A model generated the notes under the pieces. The model saw only the letters and a list, made by a program, of their open reading frames with translations, made no database searches and was not told the DNA's origin. A stretch of DNA of 63,186 bases, filler included, from Globobulimina sp. (lineage: Eukaryota): the NCBI GenBank assembly GCA_003354225.1. It is 10 parts of 10 records of this genome, joined end to end, with 100 filler letters (N's around TTAATTAATTAA, not from the genome) between each part and the next. Parts side by side here need not be neighbours in the genome. Positions count along the whole stretch, not along the records: positions 31,690 to 37,919 come from PIVH01000336.1; positions 38,020 to 44,245 come from PIVH01000337.1; positions 44,346 to 50,565 come from PIVH01000338.1; 7 more parts are not named here. One strand, 5' to 3'. Numbering within the stretch: the stretch's first letter is position 1; every line of letters begins with the position of its first letter. The position numbers were made by a program, and so were the translations under genes. Shown here in pieces: positions 36,611 to 47,536 of this stretch.

Positions 36611-37863
36611 TCACCAACCATCATCATCCCCCAAATCAGGATCTTCAGTGTCTGGATCCGTCTCATAATCAACATAGCCATCAATCCTTTCTTCAATTAA
36701 ATCTTTATTATCAAAATATAGATCCGTATCATCATAATAATCCTCATTATCTGTATAATCCCCATCCTCTGCAAAATACTGCGCCAAATACTCCTCAAAA
36801 TTACTGTCCACAGTGTTGTCGGAATTGGTATCCGTATCATCATAATAATCACTCTCAGTGTCCGTATTTGTGTCATATCCAAATAGGTCATCATCGTCAT
36901 ACACTTGCTGCAAATCCGAATCATCCGTTTCTGTATCTACGCCAACAATACACTCAGTAGACAAAAACCGCAATATCTCTTTATGGAAATCTTCCGGATT
37001 ACCTACAAAGGCCGCATGCTCTCCTTTTTTTATCATCACATTGCTATGATACGGTATGTTATCCATCCAATATAACGATTCCTCCTTAAACGGCGTCTTA
37101 TCCCTTTCGCCGTACATCACAAGCACTGGCACATCGACCTACATATTGACATATTTATGCATGCGAATTTGCGATAGATTCACGGAAATGATGTGTTACA
37201 AATATTAACTGATTGGTATTGCTGCTTCGAATATTTATTCGTCGATTGTGGCGCAATCGCAATAAATCCACGCAAATCAATGTCATTCTCTTCCAATAAG
37301 ACGGGTAACCCATAAATGCCTGACATGGACGGCGCAATCACCACAACTTTGGATAGCCGTAATTTGTCGATTAAGTTTTGAATGAAAGTGATATACTCCT
37401 CATTGTCAGCGGGCGGCGTGGCCTTTTTGCTCAATTTGTAGCCGGGCAAATCTATTGCGATGGTCTTATATCCCCAATACGAGAAAATTTGCAAAGTGCC
37501 TAAGCCTTTCCATGTCGCAGAGCCATACTTTGCGCCATGTAATAATAATACGTCGGGTTGTCGGTGCCCGCCTCTTCCACGCGGTTCTGTATAACGATAA
37601 AATATATTACCGACACCATCGATATTGACTGTATTCTCAAAGACTGGGATTGATTTCTTATCTGAATCCAAGGCGGACACTGTTTCGCTACCCACTAACA
37701 TTGGAGGTGGATGGTATAATGCCGGGCCAAATGATACGTATAAGAGTACTAAGACTATGACCGAGATGCAGATACCCCATACAATTATGCTATTCCATGA
37801 GCAATCTTCTTGGTTTTGTTTACGATTTAATTCTTGGTATTGTTGTTCTCTGCGATATCTCAT
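36611..37863 (-). CDS. ABHD14-like alpha/beta hydrolase, type II membrane anchor, acidic Asp/Tyr tail (intron 37139-37209)
   Basis: VLLLHG, AIDLPG, nucleophile PSMSG, YGERD, GEHAAF. Confidence 0.85.
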
Positions 37864-38019
37864 GCTTTGTAGGTGATATTTCACTGAAAAATTTACTTCA
37901 AAATAAAATTAAATAACTCNNNNNNNNNNNNNNNNNNNNNNNNNNNNNNNNNNNNNNNNNNNNTTAATTAATTAANNNNNNNNNNNNNNNNNNNNNNNNN
38001 NNNNNNNNNNNNNNNNNNN

Positions 38020-40895
38020 CCAATCCTTGGTGAAAAATCATTAAAATTGTTGCAAATTCTTGCGATTCTAATTAGTTGTGTATAGAAGACTCTGTATCCC
38101 ATAGATGTATGTACATTACTGTTTGCAAATCCATATCTCACCACATAAAAATTGAAGTCATCCGTTTTGTTATACACTGCAATTCTATGTTTATCAGGGT
38201 TAACACATACCAATATATCAAGGAAACAACTTTCATATTTTGACTTAGCTGTGTTTTCTAGTGGTAAGCAGTTTGGATAAATAAGTTTAGCATGTTCTAG
38301 GAAGTTATCACAATTAATTGAAAGAATGTCATCTATATACCTCATTGTATGGCTCATTGATTTGGCTATCGTTTTGTTATTAATGTCTGTAAGAAAGTCA
38401 TATTCCAGCATACTTAATACAAGGTCTGCAATTAAAGGACTAGCATTGCCTCCCATAGGTACACCACATATTTGTTTAAATAAGAAACCGGCAAATTTAA
38501 CGTATGTTTCATCAATAACATTGTTGATAAGGCATTTAGTGTCAATGTTGTCTAGCATTGCCATATAACTACCTTTTACTTGGTCAGCATAATATACATT
38601 ATTGTAAGTAACAATTACATATTTTTTGTTAGCATGTCCAAATAGCAAATCAACAAGTTTGAACAACTGTTTTTTAATAATTTCATGAGGAAACATTGTG
38701 TATAGAGAACTAAAATCAGCGGTACATATGCTTTGCAATTGGTTAGCTTGAACTTTATGTTCTATTTTTCTATGTGCTTCCAGACTACCTTTGATTGACC
38801 AGTAACAATTATGTCCTTTCCTTTTGCTAACTATAGCACAGTATTTTTCAAAGTGTTGTTGAAAATGTGCTAAAACTCGATGTAATATTCTTGACATTGG
38901 CTTGGTTGATGAGTTACGAGCACCTGCTATAAATCGGAATTTGTATGGATTTTTATGCAATTTGGGTGTTGCGAATATAACAGGAAGCTTTTCGTCATCT
39001 GTTTCAAATTTAATAAGTCCTGTTTGTGCTGTAAGAAGTTTATGTTTATCAATAAGTTTACTTGCATCAATGTCACATGGTTTATAAACATCATTACCTA
39101 TTACAGTACAGGTTCCGTTATTATCCGTTTTAACACCAAGTTCCTTACACATAATTTCTATATAATATTTTTTACAAATAAAAATAAAGTTATTGCTTGC
39201 TTTATCTGCTGGTGCAATGACAAACTCATTCTGTAAATGCATTAATTCCCTTTGACTATCTTCGAGTGACAAACAAGAAACCATTCTTGTATTTCTAATA
39301 TTCTTTGACAAAAATTTTATTCTATTATCAATGATATTTACATAAAGCCCTTTGTATTCCTCTGTAGCCATAGTAACATCAACATATCTTCGAATTTTTG
39401 CAAATGTCTTCTTTATATATTCATCAACAACTTCCATAGCCACTTTTCTAACTTCTGTCCAATCAAATGATTTTGGCTCTCGAAACTTAGCTCCCTTACC
39501 AAAAAGTTTTCTGAGTTTTATATCATTAATGATATTTAGATCACCTGTAATAACATGCCCACATTGACTATAAACGTATTTAGAAGTTGAACAATTACAT
39601 TGTTTATTTGCAAAATTATTTAAATCATTATTTTGCAGCGTTTTTAATGTTTTATTATAATTGAACAATTTACGACTAATAGGTGTTTCATATTTATATG
39701 TAATAATGGGTAAATCGGATTTTTTATTGTTAATTGAAATTGTTTTTTGCAATCTTCTGTCCTTGAAAATGGTTTCTAGTTTAAGTAATTCAATACCCTT
39801 ATTTGGATATCTAGCAACAACAATAACTCCTTTAGATTTATTGTTGATTTTATTATTATAACCATAATATCCAGCCATAAATGCTTGTGTTGCAAGTTTT
39901 GCATCTCCATGCCAATGATCCAGGTTACCAGTTTGAATGGTTTGATTAACGAACAGTAAATTCTTTTTTGACATTGATCGTAAGAATATGTAGAGTTTCC
40001 GTCTATCAAAAAAGCCATTTGAGCAATCAATATTATGTTTAGTTTTATTGATGATATCAGGGTCAAGTTTCTTTGCTGTTCGTTTCTTCTTTCTGTTTCT
40101 ATTTCTTCTTGTAGATGGTAATGGTTTAGTGAAGTAAGGTTGTGTTGATTTAGATGCAGGGTCAATTCCGCATGACACATCTCCGTAGCTTTTGATTCTA
40201 TCATTCATACCATAAGGAAAAGCAGTAATCAATTGTCGAATCCAAAAATCTTCATTATTTTCACATTCCTTTCTATTTTTTATTTTATCTGTAGATATAG
40301 GTGTAGATTCTATAATCTGCACTTGTAGGTCATTAACATTATGTCCACTTTTATTAAAATGCTGTACTAAATAAGTATTTGTTTCATTTTTCTTGATAGA
40401 ATATACATGTTCAGCAATTCTCTCTTTAAGTTTTCTAATAGTTTGTCCAACATATTGCAGTTTACATTTTTGGCATGTGATAAGGTAAACAATGTTTTTA
40501 GTATTACAATTTAATTGTACTTGATCTGTACATGCTATATATTTGCTATTAGTGATAGTGCAATTTATATGTTGTTTTTCTTTGATGTATTTGCAGCAAC
40601 TGCATCTATTTCCATTGCATTTTTCTGTATAGTTATTAGTTGTATTATTATCATATATTTCGGGAATACAATTACATTTATTATTTTGATTAGTTTGTTT
40701 GGTGAATATAAAACAAGCTCCTTCCAAAAATCTTCTTGGATGACTAGAAGATACACTTTGACTAGCACTCAGTCCATCCCACATAGCATGTGCCCCGGCA
40801 CCACTGTGAAATGAAGGTGGTGTTACGGAGGGTTCACCCCCAGTGATTTTAGAACCCATCTGGGGAAAAGGGCCGGTCTCTGATTGTACTTCCAT
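38020..40895 (-). CDS. PLE GIY-YIG endonuclease-reverse transcriptase (continues at 44126-43970; 1010 aa total if the first ATG is used)
   Basis: CNTKNIVYLITC..C..QYVGQT...L.ER..EH, E.FWI..L....PYGMN; ADKA, PKLHK, ADFSSLYT, GVPMGG, RYIDD, FLD. Confidence 0.95.
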
Positions 40896-41170
40896 TGTTT
40901 GATTAATGGTGGAATAAAATTGTCAAGATGAATGAAACCAGGTATTGGACAAGAGTCAATAGGTCAAAACAAAATATTTGACTTAAGTATATTTAAAGAA
41001 AAGATGAATTAGACAAATTATCTGACTAGATGTCAGTAATAAATTACTGACTCAGAGTATTATTCTATTTACAACGGAAGGAGAAATACTATAGACATTG
41101 ATATGTAAATTTGTATGGAACTTATAACTATATGTGAGTTTATTTGGAAATAGATGTAGTTTATTAGATG

Positions 41171-41480
41171 ATAAGACCACTGCCATAAGACACTGTAATA
41201 AGACAATAAATAAGAACACTGTCGACAGACAGTAATAAGACCACTGTCGAAAGACAGTAAACAAGACCACTGTCGAAAGACAGTAAATAATACCACTGTC
41301 GAAAGACAGTAATAAGACCACTGTCGAAAGACAGTAAATAAGACCACTGTCGAAAGACAGTAAATAAGACCACTGTCAGAAGACAGTAAATAAGACCAAA
41401 TGATAATGATGCTAATATCATATGCGAAACATTAGACCACTGTAAAAGACAGTAATAAGACACTGTCCAAAAGACAGTAA
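41171..41480. repeat. Tandem ~25-bp hairpin repeats (AAGACC-ACTGTC-GAAA-GACAGT-AAT)
   Basis: About 6 near-exact central units plus degenerate flanking units; the intact units carry a 6-bp inverted repeat. Confidence 0.9.
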
Positions 41481-41771
41481 AACTAATATTTGAATAAGAA
41501 TGCCAATAAAAGTATCTGGAATCTTGAATGCAAATCAAAATAAAATTTCGAAGAATTTGTTTTGTCGAAAAAAATTGAAAATACGACGAAAATTAGCCGA
41601 TTACGATTTAGTTACAGTACCCTATGCTTAACCATTGGCCCTGATATTTGTGATAAGCAGGGGTCTTGAAACGAAAATATTGGCGAAAAATTTAAATTTT
41701 TTCATCAATATTTCAACAATACGTATCAAAACCTAATTTTTATCACAAAATCACATTTATGCTAGGCCAAG

Positions 41772-43575
41772 TTATGGTTTTTCATATTCGGAGGGGTTAG
41801 AGGGAAATTCTTTATAATGCTTAGCTGCAAGATCTCCTATAGCCATCTTGTTGTAACCAACGAATTTTGCTTTAATGCCAGCATTTTTATATGCTTCGAC
41901 TACAACATTTCTCTTTTTCTTCTCTTGTTGTTCCATGTATGGTAAATCATTTTGAACTGATACATTTTTGAATTTTTGGCCTAACCCTGAGCATGGAGCC
42001 CATTGCTGTAAAGTTTTCTTAAGTGACATAATGTAACCACGATCAGAACGACGAGTAAAGGCAACTATAAATCCAACTGGAAGCTCATGAATAACATCAA
42101 TGTGCTGGAAGATTTTCTCAACGATTTCTGGATTCATACGAAGACCATCTATACAGAGGAATCGAAAGACAGATTCATAATCATTTGTGGTAATCTTCTC
42201 TTCTTTGAAAAGATAATCTTTGTCGAGACCGAAGATACGGATATTATGACCTCGTGTGACTTTTTCCAAACCATGTATCAATTGATCATGTTTATCCTGA
42301 ACTTCATGGACCTCCTTAACCTCAGTTTTAACACGTTTGATTTCCTGTTCCAACAATTGTATGCGTTTAGTGTTCATGGCAACCTGTAAGATTTGTAAAT
42401 GGTTTTTATTATAGTTATGGTGTAAAAGCAAGTGTATAAGATAATTTTTAGTTGCAACAATGTATAAAAACAATAAATCTGGTATGACATGTGACTGATT
42501 GTTTGTTATATAACATTTTAAATGTATAAAATAAGAATTTTAGGATTGTGCAGTAAATGTGAGTAAAAGTATAACTAAAATGGTATTTTATATATATGGA
42601 ATTTAAACTTGTATTATATAATTGCTAATTATGTTAGGGACTATATGTGAATTAATGTAGTTTGTACAATATATTATAGTGTGTGGGAAATGGCTTGAAT
42701 GGTATAGTGAAAGTAACAAATTATAGTTAATGAATATTGTTATAAAAAATTTTAACAAAATTTTTATATTATTTTTGGCGTAAAATGTATGAATTATAAT
42801 TATTTAACATAAAATTTAAACTTATAAAGTATATAAAGTTAAAAAGAGGATTTTACTTTTGATAGGTGAAATAGTAACTAATATATGTATTTTAATTTTA
42901 TATGATGAGTAAAATATGTTTGTATAGTGTATATTAAAGTTAAAAAATAGTACAGACCATCCACCCCTATTGGGGTCGATGTTCTGTACTATTCAGAAAA
43001 AACCCTTTTCGTTGTTATAGTTATGACTTATATACAATTTTTAAACGAAATATAGTAACACTAAATGGCTGCTTGACAGTCTAAAATTAGAACTGATAGA
43101 TAGTATATGACACTAGGAAACAACTGGATTATGATATTGTTTAACAGCGAAAAGCTAGCTAGTTACCTTGGAGCGGGCAAGCCTCTCCTCACAAGGGCCA
43201 GCTAGTGATAGTAATAAAATTATATTAAGTGAAAACCAAATAAAAAGGCTATATTTTAAAAAATTATGGAAATCCGTCCCAGTACAACTACCTAAGGCAA
43301 TTTTACTCCTATCTGAATCAGGTTTCGGTCCATTAGTTATCTAGACCTGATACAGTGCACTGGACAGGGGGACCTCGTCAGTAGACAACCTGCCAGGCTT
43401 CTTACCTAAGTACTCAAAGGAATAAAAAATGACTAAGTAAATGCAGTAAAATCTACTCTCAAAAATTAGGGCAAAAAACATTATTTAAAAAATTATAAAT
43501 TTACTTAACCTCAATTTGTGTTGTTACCTCTTCATCTTCTTGAGTCTCCTCTCTAGGACGCTTGGAATGGGGCAT
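41772..43575 (-). CDS. L1 ORF1p-like (coiled coil + RRM-like) protein, 225 aa; exon 43575-43510, putative intron 42384-43509, exon 42383-41772
   Basis: Coiled coil, then R.HNIRIFGL, IDVIH, FIVAF..RSD and VSVQNDL....KKR, as in transposase_22/ORF1p. The upstream exon MPHSKRPREE..IE joins in phase 0; that splice is inferred. Confidence 0.65.
43317..43389 (-). ncRNA. Hammerhead ribozyme, non-circularly permuted; predicted cleavage after GUC (between 43344 and 43343)
   Basis: Minus strand reads GTTGTCTA-CTGACGA-GGTCC-(18 nt)-ATCAGG-TC-TAGATAAC-TAAT-GGACC-GAAA-CCTGAT. Full core with stems I (8 bp), II (5 bp) and III (6 bp plus the core A-U). Confidence 0.8.
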
Positions 43576-43750
43576 TATACAATGTTTTAAGAGACCAAAG
43601 AAATCAGTGAAATCAGAGAAAATAAAAATAAAATAAAAATTTTACGTTTCTCAGCCCGAGTGCCTCAGCACTCTGACTTATATTTTTTGATCTGAAAACA
43701 ATTGAAATTCTAGTACTTGTTATCCATATATTTTAAACAGGTTATTTGTA

Positions 43751-43827
43751 TAAAACCACTGACAGAAGTCAGCAATAAGACCACTGACATAAGTCAGTAA
43801 TAAAACCACTGGCAGAGCCAGAAATAG
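43751..43827. repeat. Three hairpin repeat units related to the 41171-41480 array
   Basis: ACCA-CTGAC-agaa-GTCAG, ACCA-CTGAC-ataa-GTCAG, ACCA-CTGGC-aga-GCCAG. Confidence 0.8.
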
Positions 43828-43969
43828 ATGTATACTATGTAAAGTTTCTGAGTTAAAGTTTTTTTATTATGTTTTCAGGTCAAATTAGTTTGATTTGATA
43901 CTGAGACTTTTTACTCTTAGCCTATTTATTGCACTTTATATTTGACGCTAGGATATTGACCGCGCCTTG

Positions 43970-44245
43970 CTAGGCAATATGAGAAATACAAAAATTGGCA
44001 ATTTTTTGTTTATTATCAAGTTTGAATTTTAGCAATAATGTACTGTAAATGGTGGCAAATTTATAAAATGTATGATATAAGCTAGCTTTACTATAACCAT
44101 TTTTAAGCAAAGTATGTATAAGCTGTCCAATCCTTGGTGAAAAATCATTAAAATTGTTGCAAATTCTTGCGATTCTAATTAGTTGTGTATAGAAGACTCT
44201 GTATCCCATAGATGTATGTACATTACTGTTTGCAAATCCATATCT
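43970..44245 (-). CDS. C-terminus of the PLE RT ORF (wrap-around)
   Basis: Overlaps 38020-38138 exactly; ends ..LLKNGY..CISHIA*. Confidence 0.9.
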   Translation of the reverse strand, partial: RYGFANSNVHTSMGYRVFYTQLIRIARICNNFNDFSPRIGQLIHTLLKNGYSKASLYHTFYKFATIYSTLLLKFKLDNKQKIANFCISHIA

Positions 44246-44421
44246 NNNNNNNNNNNNNNNNNNNNNNNNNNNNNNNNNNNNNNNNNNNNTTAATTAATTA
44301 ANNNNNNNNNNNNNNNNNNNNNNNNNNNNNNNNNNNNNNNNNNNNGGTTGACTAGTCTACAAATACATGTCTGACTCTTCTGAGTGAGTGTCACCCTGCA
44401 GCCTGTTGGTGGGAGCATTTA

Positions 44422-46300
44422 TTGGCGAGAGAAAAAAATAAAAAACTACAAACCAAAACTACTCAAAAAAGGATCAAAAATCAACAGAATATAAGAGATG
44501 CTGAAAATATTGAGGCAGGAGCAAATATACGTTATTATTTTACACAAAATACAGTCTCATATCAACTGCAACATAAAACATTCGATTCAACCCAAAAAAA
44601 TATTGTTGCACCATATCCATCAAATTTCGAGGATGAAGAAAAGGAGTTTGAAGAAAAACAGCATGACGAAGAAAAACAGCATTGGATAATATAGATTCAT
44701 TAATGACAGATCAAAGATTGTATGATAATGATATTGAATATGAAAATAAGGACGATTCTGATGTTGAGGAAACGCAAAACATAATTCAAAAATATGAAAA
44801 TATTGAATTTGTCGGATATATCAACAGTAATGACACTGTAATATATCATCGCAATTTAATTGTAAGCAGAGGATTTGTGTCATTGGGTGTATATGAATTG
44901 TATATGCGATTTGGATTTCCAATAACAGGTGGTACGTCGGAGGAGTTTAGAATTAGTACAAAATGGTGTCATGTATCGAAAATTTCATTCCGTCAAATTA
45001 ATAATTATTTATGCTTATATATTAAATTTGCGTCGCGTTTAATTGTTAAACAATATAAAAAAATCGAGGCAAAGAAAAAGAAATCAACAGAGGCAACAAA
45101 ATATCGCTATGCATGGACTGAAATTGAACAAATTGCGTACCCAAGATCTGTTAAAGTTATGTTTCTTTGATTTAATTGTTTATTTCATATTAGTATTAGA
45201 AAACAGGCATTCTGTGACAATCCGAAAGTTGTTATTCAAATGAAAGCACATTGTTATACATTCATTCAAATGAGAAATTCGCTTCGTATGCATCCGTCAA
45301 TATTAGAAACACAATTAGTATCTTTTCAACAATTTCAAAAGGTTTGCAGTACATTTAGCAAACGAGAAGAAGCTGCAGCAAAGGCGACATATCAAGCTGC
45401 AACTTATCCATATTTGCAAAATCATTATTTGTTAAAGGAAAGAATCAAAACAATTATGTTAAAAATGTTTGATGCCAGCAATAATAGAGATTGTGTTGGT
45501 TGCATGAACAGAAAGGGATACTTTGAAGAACATCCTGTTTGTTTACAACAAGTATGTGATCTGTTTCCTGTTCTTCTTATAATAATATATGAAACTACAA
45601 CATCACAAAGAATGAAACCACTGATAACTGTGGAACAAACCTTACTAAACGCATTTATACCAAAGCCAAGAACAAATTCAGTTGTGTATTTGCTAAAAAT
45701 TATAAATTGTGTCAATAAAATAGACTAAACCACAAAATAGTTACAGATTTATTAGTAGGATTCAGTGACTGTGAATCCGTTTCAACTGAGATTATTGCTG
45801 AAAATCCATCATTATATACTACATTGTTATTAAATGTATTTTTTGAAGCTCAAAAATGGATGGTTCAAAATAAATTATCTCTAATTTTAAATTGTAGAAA
45901 GGATGAAGATTGGGATAATTTACAGATTCCAATGACCAAATGGTTACAAATTGTTGATAATGGACTAACTGTTATTATTCAAAAACAGAGAATTCCACAT
46001 AGTGGTGATGATGATAATGAGTATGAGTTATTTATTCATGCATTTCTTCGGAAAATATTTGGCTGTTTAGCATGTACTTTTCAAATCCAATTGAAATATA
46101 AAGAATATAATTCAGATTACCATTCATCAGATGAGTTATTTATAAATTGGCATTCTCATTATATTAAACAACAAGTATTAGATGATTATGAATTTGTTGA
46201 TTGGTTGTGTACAAAAAGCAAATATCTGTATGAATTTACCTTTATGCAAGAATTCATTCATCCAGAGGATGCATCTGATTATGATTCGGATATTGAGTAA
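44422..46300 (+). CDS. Hypothetical multi-exon or degenerate gene
   Basis: Four consecutive same-strand ORFs with short gaps; no recognisable domain and exon structure unresolved. Confidence 0.35.
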
Positions 46301-46607
46301 ATTAACTAAAATTCTTTGTAATTAGTTTTCTGTAAATTTAACGTTGCTCTAAAAACTCTCTTAGTGTGCAGTCTACAAGAACATGGGATGATGAGTAGGC
46401 CTTTGAACAGACAGGCTCTCATCATCTCATTATAGCTGTGCACGTGTCGCGTGATTGTTGTCGTTGTTTATGGTTCAACTCGCCCTTATTAGATTGAGGC
46501 CCACCAAATAAATCCATCCAAATTGTACCAAATAAATCCATCGACATTGTGCCAAATAAATAAATAAATGAATGCAGCCTTCATCGAAACCAAACCAAAT
46601 CAATCAA

Positions 46608-47463
46608 TCCATGCATCAAAACCAAGAAATGCAGCTGAAAAGCATGACATTTTAACATGAAATGTCATGTATTTCAGCTGCTGACTCATAATCCGTCTCA
46701 AACTTATCAGCCATTCAGCCATCGACTCATCCATTGAAACTGTACCAAAAAAACATCATAAACACCGCAGACATCGAACAATTTAAACGATTATGACACA
46801 GCATGTCAGAAACACAACCTGTCGGAGCAGGTGACACAAATATACCATTCCTCATCGCGGCGAGTCAGACAGCAAGTTTGTGAGTTACATATTCGTCATA
46901 TTCCACAGCAAATTATTGGTGTATTTAGGTCCATTTATTAGTACATGCCGCGAGTTGGCATTGGAGATGCGATCCGCTGATATGTGAGCAGTATGAAATG
47001 TGTTTGAGTTTAAACTATTAATGTGTACACTCCTTTACATTTTATGCATTGTTTTATTCAGTTCTTTGTGATGTTGTAGTTTCATATATTATTATAAGAA
47101 GAACAGGAAAAAAGTTCAACAAATTCGTTTTATTGTGACGATCTGGTATTGCATTCGAGCAAATAGTAAATTGCAACTCGTGTCATCCGATGGCATATTA
47201 TCCAAAGTGAGTCATATATCTCCATCCAATCTGGGCGAAAAATATTCATCCCTGCATACAATATCAGTGCCAAAGCCGGTCCATCCCCGGCAGCCAATAT
47301 CAGTGCCAAAGCAGGTCCATCAATATCAGTGCCAAAGCCGGTCCATCCCCGGCAGCCAAATTGTGCCTAGTTAATCCATCATGCAGCAAAACAAAGAAAT
47401 GCAGCTGAAAAGCATGACATTTTGACATGAAATGTCATGTCTTTCAGCTGTTGATTCATAATC
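46608..47463. repeat. Two ~85-bp direct repeats, each with a ~50-bp imperfect palindrome (46631-46680, 47401-47450)
   Basis: CAGCTGAAA.gCATGACATTT-7nt-AAATGTCATGt.TTTCAGCTG occurs twice with conserved flanks. Confidence 0.88.
47258..47360. repeat. Short tandem repeat CAATATCAGTGCCAAAGC(C/A)GGTCCATC(CCCGGCAGC) x3
   Basis: Read directly from the sequence. Confidence 0.85.
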
Positions 47464-47536
47464 GACAATAATGAGACTCATAAATAATAATTGCTCATAA
47501 ACCGATACAGAAATAATAATCATTACTCATACAGAC

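Larger units (their letters stand above)
38020..44245 (-). mobile_element. Penelope-like retroelement (N-terminal GIY-YIG, Naiad/Chlamys-type architecture), complete cyclic unit of 6107 bp
   Basis: GIY-YIG+RT ORF, hammerhead motif, and identical 119-bp contig ends (38020-38138 = 44127-44245). Confidence 0.9.

Noticed and set aside
38020-40895. Selenocysteine recoding as known for some Naiad PLEs
   Set aside because: The RT ORF has no in-frame TGA and I could not identify a SECIS.
41171-41480. CRISPR-like array of palindromic repeats
   Set aside because: Units abut without unique spacers, there are no cas genes, and the context is a eukaryotic retroelement.
43751-43827. Minimal hammerheads in the CTGAC hairpin repeats
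   Set aside because: They lack the CTGANGA/GAAA core arrangement.
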